A model generated the notes under the pieces. The model was given only the letters and a program-made list of their open reading frames with translations, searched no databases and had not been told where the DNA came from. Below are positions 24,914-33,518 of a DNA stretch of 64,000 nt, piece after piece (the stretch's first letter is position 1; the number at the start of each line of letters is the position of its first letter). The stretch lies in assembly GCA_035758565.1 (NCBI GenBank), contig DASTXL010000001.1, positions 331,242-395,241 of the forward strand, read 5' to 3'. Source of the DNA: Candidatus Saccharimonadales bacterium (lineage in GTDB: Bacteria; Patescibacteriota; Saccharimonadia; Saccharimonadales; UBA10212). The translations under genes were made by a program, and so were the position numbers.

Positions 24914-25465
24914 TTATTTTCTGGCAGGAACTCTTTTTTTGTCGTAATACGCGAGTTCGCGGCGGTGCTCGTCTACTCGCTCAACATAATCTTGGAACTG
25001 ATGGTAAAGACTGGAATATTGCCCTGTGGGGGTCAGAATCTTAAGGAGTTTGTTGCGGCCAACTAAGAACTCCACCAAACTGAAGAAGTCGCCGTCGCCA
25101 CTGACAATCACAGCCTTGTCGTAGTTGTTCATTTCTTTCATGGCCCAAAGCACAAGATCGGCATCTACATTGCCTTTGACCTTTTTGTCCGGTTCGTTTT
25201 TAGGCTCATTATTTTCTTCGCGCGGTTTGGTCATGTCGAAGGTCGGCTTGAGCACGACGGCGTAACCGGCGTCGTGCATTTTTTCGTAAAGGTCTTCGTT
25301 CTCTGGTACGTAGCCAATAAACATATAAGCATTAGTTACGCCGTAACGCTCGCTCAAAAATTCGCGGAACTTGCGCCAGTTCATCTTCCAGCCGTAGTTC
25401 TGGACACTGACATTCAGGTTCTGGCTATCGATAAAGGCGTAGTTGCCTTTTCTTTTTCTTCTCAT
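24914..25465 (-). CDS. NYN domain (LabA-like) protein, putative RNase
   Basis: AFIDSQNL...GNVDADLVLWA...VIVSGDGDF acidic residue pattern of NYN/PIN-like nucleases. Confidence 0.8.
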   Translation of the reverse strand: MRRKRKGNYAFIDSQNLNVSVQNYGWKMNWRKFREFLSERYGVTNAYMFIGYVPENEDLYEKMHDAGYAVVLKPTFDMTKPREENNEPKNEPDKKVKGNVDADLVLWAMKEMNNYDKAVIVSGDGDFFSLVEFLVGRNKLLKILTPTGQYSSLYHQFQDYVERVDEHRRELAYYDKKRVPARK

Positions 25466-25474
25466 TTGGTCTAA

Positions 25475-26095
25475 TTATAGCTCAATAGTCTCGCCGTGGG
25501 CTAATGCGTGGCCACGGAATGGCATATTGTACCTAATTGCCATGTTGGCGTAAAAGTCCGGCTTGGCGCTCATCATATCGTAATGAATTGGAATAGACTC
25601 TTTGGCGCCGACCTGGCGAGCAAAGTCGCAGGCATCTTTTGGCGAGATATCCGGCCCGGCAATTGGCGTTAATAAAATCTCGGCCTTCAGGCCTTCTAAG
25701 TTAATCCCGTCGCCAGGATGGAAAGCGCGGTCATTAAGCAAAAAACCGGTGTTTTGCACACTGGTACTGCCGTCTACCATTAAGCAGTGCGGCAACTCTA
25801 ATGCCTTAACTTTCATATCACCAACACTGAATTCCTGGCCGTCTTCGACAACATTAACCTTGCCGTCGACTTGCTTGGCGGTTGAGGCATTGGCATAAAC
25901 AGGAACTCCCTGTTCGGCAAAATTTTTGGCCATGTCGGCATCAAAATGATCACCGTGTTCGTGGGTATAAAGTACAGCGTCAACCCGATCGATTTCGCCG
26001 AGTCTGTCTTTGTCTGCGGCATAAATATCTATAAGCACGCGGGCACCAGAATCCTCGATTACCGCGCAGCTCTGGGTATATTTGGTAATTTTCAT
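25475..26095 (-). CDS. MBL-fold metallo-hydrolase
   Basis: HEHGDH (HxHxDH) motif and downstream His/Asp ligands. Confidence 0.8.
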   Translation of the reverse strand: MKITKYTQSCAVIEDSGARVLIDIYAADKDRLGEIDRVDAVLYTHEHGDHFDADMAKNFAEQGVPVYANASTAKQVDGKVNVVEDGQEFSVGDMKVKALELPHCLMVDGSTSVQNTGFLLNDRAFHPGDGINLEGLKAEILLTPIAGPDISPKDACDFARQVGAKESIPIHYDMMSAKPDFYANMAIRYNMPFRGHALAHGETIEL

Positions 26096-26159
26096 AAACT
26101 CGCTCCTTTCAGCAAATGATTATACGCCGCACTTGAGCGAGCGCATTGTAATCATTTAA

Positions 26160-26633
26160 TTAGATTTTTGCTCTCAAAATTATCTCGAACTCATCAAAGC
26201 CATGGGCTTTATAAAATTTAACAGCCCGATCGTTGCCGGCCAAAGTGCCAACAATAACATGCTCGGCGCCTTTACTTTTGCACCAATCCAAGAATGTTTG
26301 TGCCAGCCTGCCGCCTATTCCCTGACTGCGCATAGTCTCTTTAACATACATGTTTTCGAGCTCGGCACGCTTGGTTTTGAACGCTGCGTGGGGCTTACGC
26401 AAGCAGCCAGCTAGATAGCCTACGACTTCTTGATCCGCCTCGGCCACGAAACAAACACCTAATTCTCCGGCTATCACGCCCTTAAAATAATCCTCACCGG
26501 CCTGTTCGTACGGCCAGTTGAGATTATAGCCATCTTGATATTGAGAGTCAGATAAAAATAGCTCGTGATTCAAGTCTTGGATAACTTTCAAATCTTCGGT
26601 CTTGGCAAGTCTAATTTTTATGTCTGCAGACAT
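26160..26633 (-). CDS. GNAT family N-acetyltransferase
   Basis: RSQGIGGRL acetyl-CoA binding motif (Q/RxxGxG/A), 157 aa. Confidence 0.85.
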   Translation of the reverse strand: MSADIKIRLAKTEDLKVIQDLNHELFLSDSQYQDGYNLNWPYEQAGEDYFKGVIAGELGVCFVAEADQEVVGYLAGCLRKPHAAFKTKRAELENMYVKETMRSQGIGGRLAQTFLDWCKSKGAEHVIVGTLAGNDRAVKFYKAHGFDEFEIILRAKI

Positions 26634-27461
26634 CTACTTTTCTTTCTTTTTTAAACCTTTGACCATTAGAAGAACTTCGTGTGATGGCATGGCCTGGATG
26701 TGTGCAACAAAAGTTTCGTGACCGTTGATAAGCCGGCGATTGTAACCCAGCTTTTCGTACATAGAAATAGCCTTGGCGTTGTCTGGCCTAACAGCCAGCG
26801 CCACTATGTCCGGCAATTTCTTGTCGCGGAGAATCTCTTGCTCGACTTCTTTCATTAACCTTTGACCGATGCCGCTACGCCTATAACCTTCCATGACGGC
26901 TAGATCTTCAATCCACGGTAATGAGCCGCCGAGAGTTTCTACTACGTCCACTTCACTCGGCTTGCCCTCAAATTCTGGTGATTCCTCGTTGGCGTCGATT
27001 TTCGTTACCCTTGGGCCGTTAACAATTAAGCTAATCCTGCCTGCTGGTTCGCCATCTTCGTCTGTGGCTAGCATCATTCGTCGCTGGCCCTCGCGTATCT
27101 GCTCTAGATAGCTTTCGCGAATCATCGGGTGAATCCTAAAAGCGTTTCCCCAGTCTTCGATTTGCTCTGGCGTAGCGATCTCATCCAGATTCACGACATG
27201 GACATTTGCGCCAAGATTGGCTCCGTCATTATCTCTTTCGGCTATATGGGCCCGTTCGTACTCTTCACTTAAAATCTCGCTGCCAAAAACCGGCTCTGCC
27301 TCATCTGCAAGCGCCGAGCTAATAATGGCATCTAACGCGTTTAAATTGCTGGCCTCTTTTAACCGCTGCTCAATTACTTCGCGCAGAGCCTCGCGCCGCG
27401 GATAATCTCTTTGCCAGGCATCTAGTTCTTTGCCCTTGAGGTCTCTGACTTTCTTTTTCAT
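26634..27461 (-). CDS. GNAT family N-acetyltransferase with ~120-aa acidic N-terminal extension
   Basis: YRRSGIGQRL motif in the C-terminal half. The stop of this gene abuts the next GNAT start. Confidence 0.7.
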   Translation of the reverse strand: MKKKVRDLKGKELDAWQRDYPRREALREVIEQRLKEASNLNALDAIISSALADEAEPVFGSEILSEEYERAHIAERDNDGANLGANVHVVNLDEIATPEQIEDWGNAFRIHPMIRESYLEQIREGQRRMMLATDEDGEPAGRISLIVNGPRVTKIDANEESPEFEGKPSEVDVVETLGGSLPWIEDLAVMEGYRRSGIGQRLMKEVEQEILRDKKLPDIVALAVRPDNAKAISMYEKLGYNRRLINGHETFVAHIQAMPSHEVLLMVKGLKKKEK

Positions 27462-27475
27462 ATTTTTATTGTACG

Positions 27476-27847
27476 CTACATCTGGCTGAGGCCGAGGATG
27501 TTGCCTGACGGGTCACGGAACCAGGCGGCTTTGGCGCCTTCCCAAATGTGCACTACTCCTTCGTGGGTGGCGCCTGGATAATCGTAGCGCTCAAATTCTA
27601 GACCTTTTGCTTGCAACTCGTCGCACACGGATTTAATGTCGCTAACTTCCCAAGTTGCTACAGTTGACTTGGCCGTTCCGGCCGTTGGCGTTGGATAAAC
27701 AAATAACTTTGTAGCTCCGCATTGGTAACTAATGCCGCCAGGATTCTCATCAACCTTTTTTAAGCTCAAGGTTTCACTATAAAATTTTTCGGCTTCTTTT
27801 ATATCTTTGACCGGTACCATAGCCATAACTTCTGCATTGTCTAACAT
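27476..27847 (-). CDS. VOC/glyoxalase family protein
   Basis: 123 aa, paired beta-alpha-beta-beta-beta pattern, FYSETLSL...WFRDPSGN. Confidence 0.7.
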   Translation of the reverse strand: MLDNAEVMAMVPVKDIKEAEKFYSETLSLKKVDENPGGISYQCGATKLFVYPTPTAGTAKSTVATWEVSDIKSVCDELQAKGLEFERYDYPGATHEGVVHIWEGAKAAWFRDPSGNILGLSQM

Positions 27848-28374
27848 AGTGCGCCTCCCTCTTCTATAGCTTCTATTTTACTCTCTTTGGTTATCGGTTT
27901 AATGCCCATTACGTCGTCTATATATCCGCTTACTGCTAAATGATCAGCGGCTACACAGTGAGCCCCTGCTTCTATGAGTTCGCCTGGCCGGATTTTGAAC
28001 TTATCAACCACTAAGCCAATTGAATAATAACCAAGCCGCCTGGCGGCAAAGATGCCAATAGGAGATGTATCAACGACGATAGAGTTATTTGGGCTCACGC
28101 CCAGGTCTGTGGCTATTGCGGCGTATAGGTCGATTTCTGTTTCGGCGGACTGGCGCGACCTTACTTTTTTAAACCATTGGCCTAGGCCAGCCCGGATCAA
28201 AAGCTGGGCTGTTTGTTCCGGCGGCTGCATTGATACCACTCCGAGGTTTGGCGTATAGGTTGAGACCAACGGAACAAAAATATCTATGCCAGGGTACGGA
28301 ATGTTGCCATCACTAATTAGAGCTTCGTCAAGCCGGTAAACTATGCTCTTTGGACTGTCTGGCGTGCTAGACAC
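27841..28374 (-). CDS. HAD-like hydrolase with degenerate motif I
   Basis: C-terminal YAAIATDLGVSPNNSIVVDTSPIGIFAARRLG matches HAD motifs III/IV. The N-terminal DxD is replaced by LDEAL. Confidence 0.45.
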   Translation of the reverse strand: MSSTPDSPKSIVYRLDEALISDGNIPYPGIDIFVPLVSTYTPNLGVVSMQPPEQTAQLLIRAGLGQWFKKVRSRQSAETEIDLYAAIATDLGVSPNNSIVVDTSPIGIFAARRLGYYSIGLVVDKFKIRPGELIEAGAHCVAADHLAVSGYIDDVMGIKPITKESKIEAIEEGGALC

Positions 28375-28460
28375 GTATTAATTTTATAACGCTGGGCGAA
28401 CACCTAAACTTAGGTGTAGTGTGGATAAACTTAGTCCTTTAGCCTATAGCACCCGCGAAC

Positions 28461-29144
28461 TTATTCTACTCCGGGTTGAAGGGCAATTTCTGATAGGGCG
28501 GTTGACGCCTCGGCTGGGCGCCTTAAATCAGGAGTTAATACACCAATAGCCGTTCTAGCTGCCCGCCTAATTATGGCTACGTCGTGCTTAAGGCTGGCGT
28601 TATTGAAGTCGACTATATCCATTCTGGCTTTAGTTATAAATCCTCTTTCGGTTTCGGGTTGGCGAATATTTATGCCAAACGAAGAAAACCCGCCGGGACG
28701 AGAAAGTTCAACGGCGTTAAGCCACTCATCATAGGTATTGCGGTCTAGGGCCGCTTGCATGTTGGCCCGAACATGCGCTGTTTGCGCCCGCGGCCCAACT
28801 AGCGACATTGTGCCCTCTAAAACATTTATTAGTTGCGGTATTTCGTCAACTGCCACAGGCCGCATTATTGCGCCAAAAGGCGTGGGAACGCGAATACCGT
28901 TACTTTCTGAGGTTTCGCGCATACTGGTGATTTTTCTGACCATAAAACCTTCGGTCCTGCCGTCTCCGTAGCGAGTTTGCCTGAAGATCGTGTCATCTCC
29001 ATCCAGTATTCTGGTAAGAGCCAGCGCCGTTAAGCCCACGGGAATGGCCACGGGAGAAACACCCAACGTTAGCGCTATATCAAAATTCCTCTTATATGGG
29101 CTCGTAACCCAATCTTCGCCCTGCAGGCGGAACACATTTTTCAT
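28461..29144 (-). CDS. sugar transferase (bacterial polyprenyl-phosphate hexose-1-phosphate transferase family)
   Basis: KRNFDIALTL..., DEIPQLINVLEGTMSLVGPRA motif typical of WbaP/WcaJ C-terminal domains. Confidence 0.8.
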   Translation of the reverse strand: MKNVFRLQGEDWVTSPYKRNFDIALTLGVSPVAIPVGLTALALTRILDGDDTIFRQTRYGDGRTEGFMVRKITSMRETSESNGIRVPTPFGAIMRPVAVDEIPQLINVLEGTMSLVGPRAQTAHVRANMQAALDRNTYDEWLNAVELSRPGGFSSFGINIRQPETERGFITKARMDIVDFNNASLKHDVAIIRRAARTAIGVLTPDLRRPAEASTALSEIALQPGVE

Positions 29145-29157
29145 TATTTAAAGTATT

Positions 29158-29505
29158 TTACTCCTTTTTGCGCGGATATGAACCAGTGCCGCGCTGACGA
29201 TCAAGCTCATCGACTTCATCAACCAGGTAATGGCCGGTTCGTTCGGCTATTTCGGCTTGGTTGTATTTTCTAAAAGCTTCGACTATTCCCGTCCCGATCA
29301 TAACTCCTTCTGGATTGTCCACACCGGCCTCAAGCAAAGCTACGTAGACGTAATTTTCCAGTTCGTCTTCTTCCATAGCTGCCAGGTGCTCGACGTCTGA
29401 CTCTTCGAAATCAACACCTAGTTCGCGCAGTTGCCCTAAGATAGCTACAATTTCTTGAAGAAATTGCTCTTTTGGACTTTCGGGGTTTGCTGGCTGTTCG
29501 CCCAT
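29158..29505 (-). CDS. acidic hypothetical protein
   Basis: 115 aa, E/D-rich. Its start overlaps the stop of the upstream 76-aa ORF. Confidence 0.4.
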   Translation of the reverse strand: MGEQPANPESPKEQFLQEIVAILGQLRELGVDFEESDVEHLAAMEEDELENYVYVALLEAGVDNPEGVMIGTGIVEAFRKYNQAEIAERTGHYLVDEVDELDRQRGTGSYPRKKE

Positions 29506-29735
29506 TACTTTACCCGAATGTGGCCGTTGGATTGTTGACGCCTGATTAGCTCTGCCAGCTCTAATATTGCCCGGCCATTTTTGGTGGCCCGAAACACTAA
29601 GTGGAACGGATCTTCTCCAGCAGCGATTACTTCTCGCACCCGGTTGGCAAGTGTCGAATTGCCTGTCTTTGGATCTTCTGCAACCCCTAAAGCAGCCTGG
29701 GCTATGACTTCCGGCGAATATTGCTCTCTTCTCAT
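29505..29735 (-). CDS. small hypothetical protein
   Basis: 76 aa, basic C-terminus. Translationally coupled to 29158..29505. Confidence 0.4.
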   Translation of the reverse strand: MRREQYSPEVIAQAALGVAEDPKTGNSTLANRVREVIAAGEDPFHLVFRATKNGRAILELAELIRRQQSNGHIRVK

Positions 29736-29744
29736 ATTTTTATT

Positions 29745-30314
29745 CTACTCCGCCAGGCATTCTTTGAGCAGTTCTGGGAACGTGTCGTCCGGCATGTATT
29801 TGTGCGTGAAATGCCCGCGACCTTCGAATTCTACGTATTTAAAGTCATTGAGGTTATCGGTTAGATATTTGACCGACGTTTGGATTTCTTCTACATCATC
29901 TGTTGAATGAAAGATTGTTAGACCGTGGGTGCGCTTGGCAATATCTGGGTCAAGAGTAAAGTCAAAGGCCGGCCAGTCGTCTTTTTCTAGATCTATCCAC
30001 GGCGCAACCAGCACAACTTTGCCGACTTTGGCCTGCGGATTTTTGCTGAGCCACTGCACAATCATTCCGCCGCCGCAGCTGTGGCCGACAAGGACTGTTT
30101 CTTCATCGGGATGGAATCTTTCGATTTCTGTTGCCCACTTTTGGTAGGTTGGCGCGTAGGGTTGGAATATTTCAGGAGTTTGGGCTCAGACATCACGGCG
30201 CATGAATTGCTTCTGCAACCACGGCAACCAATGGCTGTTGGATTCGCTGGGCCATTTATCGCCGTAATAATCTTTTTTAGCCGGCCGTCCGTGTAAAATA
30301 ATCGCCCGCTTCAT
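29745..30314 (-). pseudogene. YdeN/RBBP9-like alpha/beta serine hydrolase interrupted by one in-frame TGA
   Basis: Hand translation from the ATG at 30314 gives MKRAIILHGRPAKK...FMRRDV-TGA(30186..30188)-AQTPEIF...LVGHSCGGGMIVQW. This continues in the same frame into track ORF 29745..30065. The GHSCG nucleophile elbow lies between the stop and the track ORF's Met. Confidence 0.6.
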
Positions 30315-30363
30315 GGTTTTATTTTACTCCTACCAATACTTATCGATGAATTCGCCGAGTTTA

Positions 30364-31044
30364 TTATTTACGACCTCGACCCTTCTTATTGTCCGTTCTA
30401 ATTACTTGTAGCGGCTTCTTTAGCTGAAAACCATGACTAGCTCCGCTAGTTCGACCTGTGCCAGATGGAGGCATTAACATTGCCGATAGGGAGACATCAA
30501 TAGGTTCGTTAAACTGAATCTTTATGTTATTCCTGACATATGTTTCCTGCATACTTATGAGGTTGTTTTCAAAGATTCGGCTTAGTGCCTGGTCTTCGTT
30601 CAACTCCGCTTTCAATCGAGATACAGCAGTCTTGAATTCTTGAAATAGTTTGGATGCATCGATATTTAATAAATTGTCTCTTCTTTCAATAGCTTGACTA
30701 AGCTGTTTCTTGTAGACCATGACATGGTTATCTGTTAGAAAAGAATGCGCCAATCTATTCCTTACCGATTCTCTCAGCTCTTGTATTAAGTTTTCGTCGC
30801 CGTAGCCCATATATTCTTTAAGGAAATGCTTAAAATATTTTTTCTGTTTCCGTGGGTCGTCTGACCACTTCGGCGAGCTTAGGCCGCCAAGAAGATCGGC
30901 TCCACTAAATATTGTGAGGAGCATAGGATAACCACAGTTACCATAACCTTCCATCGATATTCGATCCATGGCTTCAAGGTCCAACAATAAATAACCGTCA
31001 ATGACACGATCAAAGAATTCAGACCACTGTGGCTGCGAGCTCAT
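30364..31044 (-). CDS. hypothetical protein with a HEPN-type RNxxxH motif
   Basis: 226 aa, VRNRLAHSF fits the Rx4-6H HEPN signature. Visibly more AT-rich than its flanks. The start overlaps the glyQS 3' end by 26 nt. Confidence 0.4.
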   Translation of the reverse strand: MSSQPQWSEFFDRVIDGYLLLDLEAMDRISMEGYGNCGYPMLLTIFSGADLLGGLSSPKWSDDPRKQKKYFKHFLKEYMGYGDENLIQELRESVRNRLAHSFLTDNHVMVYKKQLSQAIERRDNLLNIDASKLFQEFKTAVSRLKAELNEDQALSRIFENNLISMQETYVRNNIKIQFNEPIDVSLSAMLMPPSGTGRTSGASHGFQLKKPLQVIRTDNKKGRGRK

Positions 31045-32449
31045 TGATTGTTACTCGATTTTGTTCGGTGGTGTCACGGTTGCGGACGGTCACAGTATCG
31101 TCTTCTAAGGTTTGGAAGTCGATGGTGACGCAGTATGGCGTGCCTATTTCGTCCATGCGGCGGTAGTTTTTACCGATGTTGCCGCTATCAACCCACATTA
31201 CGTTCCCAATTTCCTTCTTTAGATTCTTATAGACTTCTTGGGCTTTGGCGGTCAGTTCCGGCTTGTTTTTAACAAGCGGCAAAACGGCTGCTTTGACGGG
31301 CGCCAAATGTGCCGGAAGCCTCAAAACAGTTCGTCTTTCTCCGCCCTGTTCGTCTTCATCATAAGCGGCAGTAAGCACAGCCATGATGGTTCGCTCGACG
31401 CCAAAAGTTGGTTCGATTACGTGCGGCACAAATGACTCGCTGCCGTCCTTTGGCCGGTATTCCATGCTTTTGCCAGAATGTTTTTGAATATTCTGCAGGT
31501 CAAAATCAGTGCGGTAGGCCAGGCCGTAAAGTTCTTCCTTGCCAATTGGAAAGTCGAATTCAAAGTCTATAGTGCGCTTGCTGTAATGGGCACGATCCTC
31601 TTCTGGGACTTCCAGCTCGTGGATAGATTCAGCCGGCAGACCGAGCAGTTTGCACCAGTCATGCATTTGCACCCGCCACATTTCAAAAGCTTCTTCCCAC
31701 TTATCGGGGTGTACGAAATATTCAATTTCCATTTGTTCCAGTTCACGGTCGCGGAAAATAAAATCACGCGGAGAAATTTCGTTACGAAAAGCTTTGCCTT
31801 GCTGGGCTATACCGAATGGCATGTCCGGATAAAAACTATCAACGATATTTTTGAAATTGGTAAAGATACCCTGCGCAGTTTCGGGTCGGAGGTAACTAAC
31901 GTCAGCCGAATCATAAAACATGAATCCGCCCAATTCATTAAAAGAGTCTTTGAGGTTAAATTCTTTTTCCGGCTTGCCTTTTTCATTCTTAAAAACTATG
32001 TGAGCTTCAAGGCCGCCGGACTTTTTTCTATCCCAACTGGAGTACTTAGGCCCAACGATCGTTTTAAACATCATATTAAATTGTTCTGGTTCGCTAAATG
32101 CTCCTGTTTTGCCGCAAGTCGGACATGGTTTGCTCGTATCTATTTTGTCTGCGCGGAAACGAGAATGGCAATTCATACATTCAGTTAAAGGATCCGTGAA
32201 AGTTTCGGTGTGGCCGCTGGCCTGCCAAACTTTTTGGTTCATAAGAATGGCGGCATCAACCCCAAGCATATCGTCGCGACTTTCTACAAAAGTCTTCCAC
32301 CACAGGCTCATTATGTTTTTTTTGAGCTCTACGCCGAGCGGGCCGTAATCCCACGTACCGGCCAGACCGCCATAAACTTCACTACCCTGATATATAAAAC
32401 CGCGGCGCTTGCACAAAGAAACAATATCGTCTAATTTAACTTCACTCAT
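31019..32449 (-). CDS. glyQS: glycine--tRNA ligase (dimeric GlyQS type)
   Basis: 476 aa, class II aaRS motifs (FRNEISPR, GVERT...), C-terminal anticodon-binding domain. TGA stop. Confidence 0.95.
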   Translation of the reverse strand: MSEVKLDDIVSLCKRRGFIYQGSEVYGGLAGTWDYGPLGVELKKNIMSLWWKTFVESRDDMLGVDAAILMNQKVWQASGHTETFTDPLTECMNCHSRFRADKIDTSKPCPTCGKTGAFSEPEQFNMMFKTIVGPKYSSWDRKKSGGLEAHIVFKNEKGKPEKEFNLKDSFNELGGFMFYDSADVSYLRPETAQGIFTNFKNIVDSFYPDMPFGIAQQGKAFRNEISPRDFIFRDRELEQMEIEYFVHPDKWEEAFEMWRVQMHDWCKLLGLPAESIHELEVPEEDRAHYSKRTIDFEFDFPIGKEELYGLAYRTDFDLQNIQKHSGKSMEYRPKDGSESFVPHVIEPTFGVERTIMAVLTAAYDEDEQGGERRTVLRLPAHLAPVKAAVLPLVKNKPELTAKAQEVYKNLKKEIGNVMWVDSGNIGKNYRRMDEIGTPYCVTIDFQTLEDDTVTVRNRDTTEQNRVTINELAATVV

Positions 32450-32727
32450 CCCGTTAGAGCCAGAAAACGCTTAATCCTGTTTTTGATATAACGCTTTCCC
32501 ATTCCTGTCTTTAAATACTTCTCTCTAGCATAAGCATCGCTTATATTCATACACGCTTCATAGTATATCAGTTCATAAGGTGTATGTTTTTTTGAATAAG
32601 TTGAGTCACCGGAGTTATGTTGAGTTAAGCGTTTTCGTAAGTCGGTCGTACAGCCCGTATACATAGTTCCGTCCTTCAAGCTACGCAATACGTAAACATA
32701 TGTAAAGCCGGCTCTAACGGGACTCAT
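32446..32727 (-). CDS. GIY-YIG nuclease family protein
   Basis: YVYVLRS...MYTGCTTDLRKRLTQHN pattern. 4-nt ATGA overlap with the glyQS start. Confidence 0.85.
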   Translation of the reverse strand: MSPVRAGFTYVYVLRSLKDGTMYTGCTTDLRKRLTQHNSGDSTYSKKHTPYELIYYEACMNISDAYAREKYLKTGMGKRYIKNRIKRFLALTG

Positions 32728-32752
32728 TAGTTACAGATTATATAGCTTAGCT

Positions 32753-33418
32753 TTAAATTTCGTAAGACTTGAGGTGTTCGATGATGGGCACGATAGTCTC
32801 GTTGGTTATGTCGGCCGGCTTAATGCGGCTGTGGGCGAATATCTGATCCTGGATTTCATAACAAGCTTTGACGAGCTCTTCCCTGCGCTCTTCCGGCATC
32901 CAGCGATCCGGCCGGTTCCTGTATCTTTTATAACCGTCTTCTAATCTCTGCTCGATAGAAACTACGCTGCTTGGACTGACACGCATGTCTGCGTTATCAC
33001 AAATTTTAGCTTCGAATTCTGGATCTTTGGCCGTTTGGGGAGCGAAGGAAAAACCTACTGAGGCTATACAATGGAGCACTTTGTCGGAGACCCCTAACTC
33101 TCTGGCAATGCTCAGACTGGCTTCGTGTTCACTGTCGCCATACTTTTGCCGGAATTCTTCCTGAACGCTTTGCCAATATTCTACTCCCTCCGGCTCGAAA
33201 TATTGCGCTGGATAGCTGAAGTCAAACTTTAAAACATTGCCCATATCGTGCAGCAAGCAAGCGGTGATTATTGACTGCTTATCTATTTTAACGGTTAGAC
33301 TGTCGCAGACCTGAGAAGCCACTGCTGCTACCCGTAACTGATGTAGCTGTAACATAGGGGTTATTTTGTATTTTTTATAAATATCTAAGATATTAGTCAT
33401 CGATACTAAGCATAACAA
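32753..33418 (-). CDS. HD domain-containing phosphohydrolase
   Basis: LLHDMGN HD motif plus upstream His. An alternative start is Met7 (33400). Confidence 0.7.
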   Translation of the reverse strand: MLCLVSMTNILDIYKKYKITPMLQLHQLRVAAVASQVCDSLTVKIDKQSIITACLLHDMGNVLKFDFSYPAQYFEPEGVEYWQSVQEEFRQKYGDSEHEASLSIARELGVSDKVLHCIASVGFSFAPQTAKDPEFEAKICDNADMRVSPSSVVSIEQRLEDGYKRYRNRPDRWMPEERREELVKACYEIQDQIFAHSRIKPADITNETIVPIIEHLKSYEI

Positions 33419-33518
33419 ACAGGTGTGATAAATCTAACTTACAGATCGCTTGCTTTATGGCTTAATTGTCTTATACCGACTTTTGGGGACAAGCCGACAA
33501 TTCAAGGAGGATGTCGCC

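Noticed and set aside
30186-30188. Reading the in-frame TGA as evidence for an alternative genetic code (UGA=Gly or Trp, as in some candidate phyla or Mollicutes)
   Set aside because: TGA terminates conserved genes at the expected protein ends in this same window: glyQS 31019, GIY-YIG 32446, the HK-like gene 39844, xseB 41948 and the ctp protease 48109. No other in-frame TGA was seen in conserved genes.
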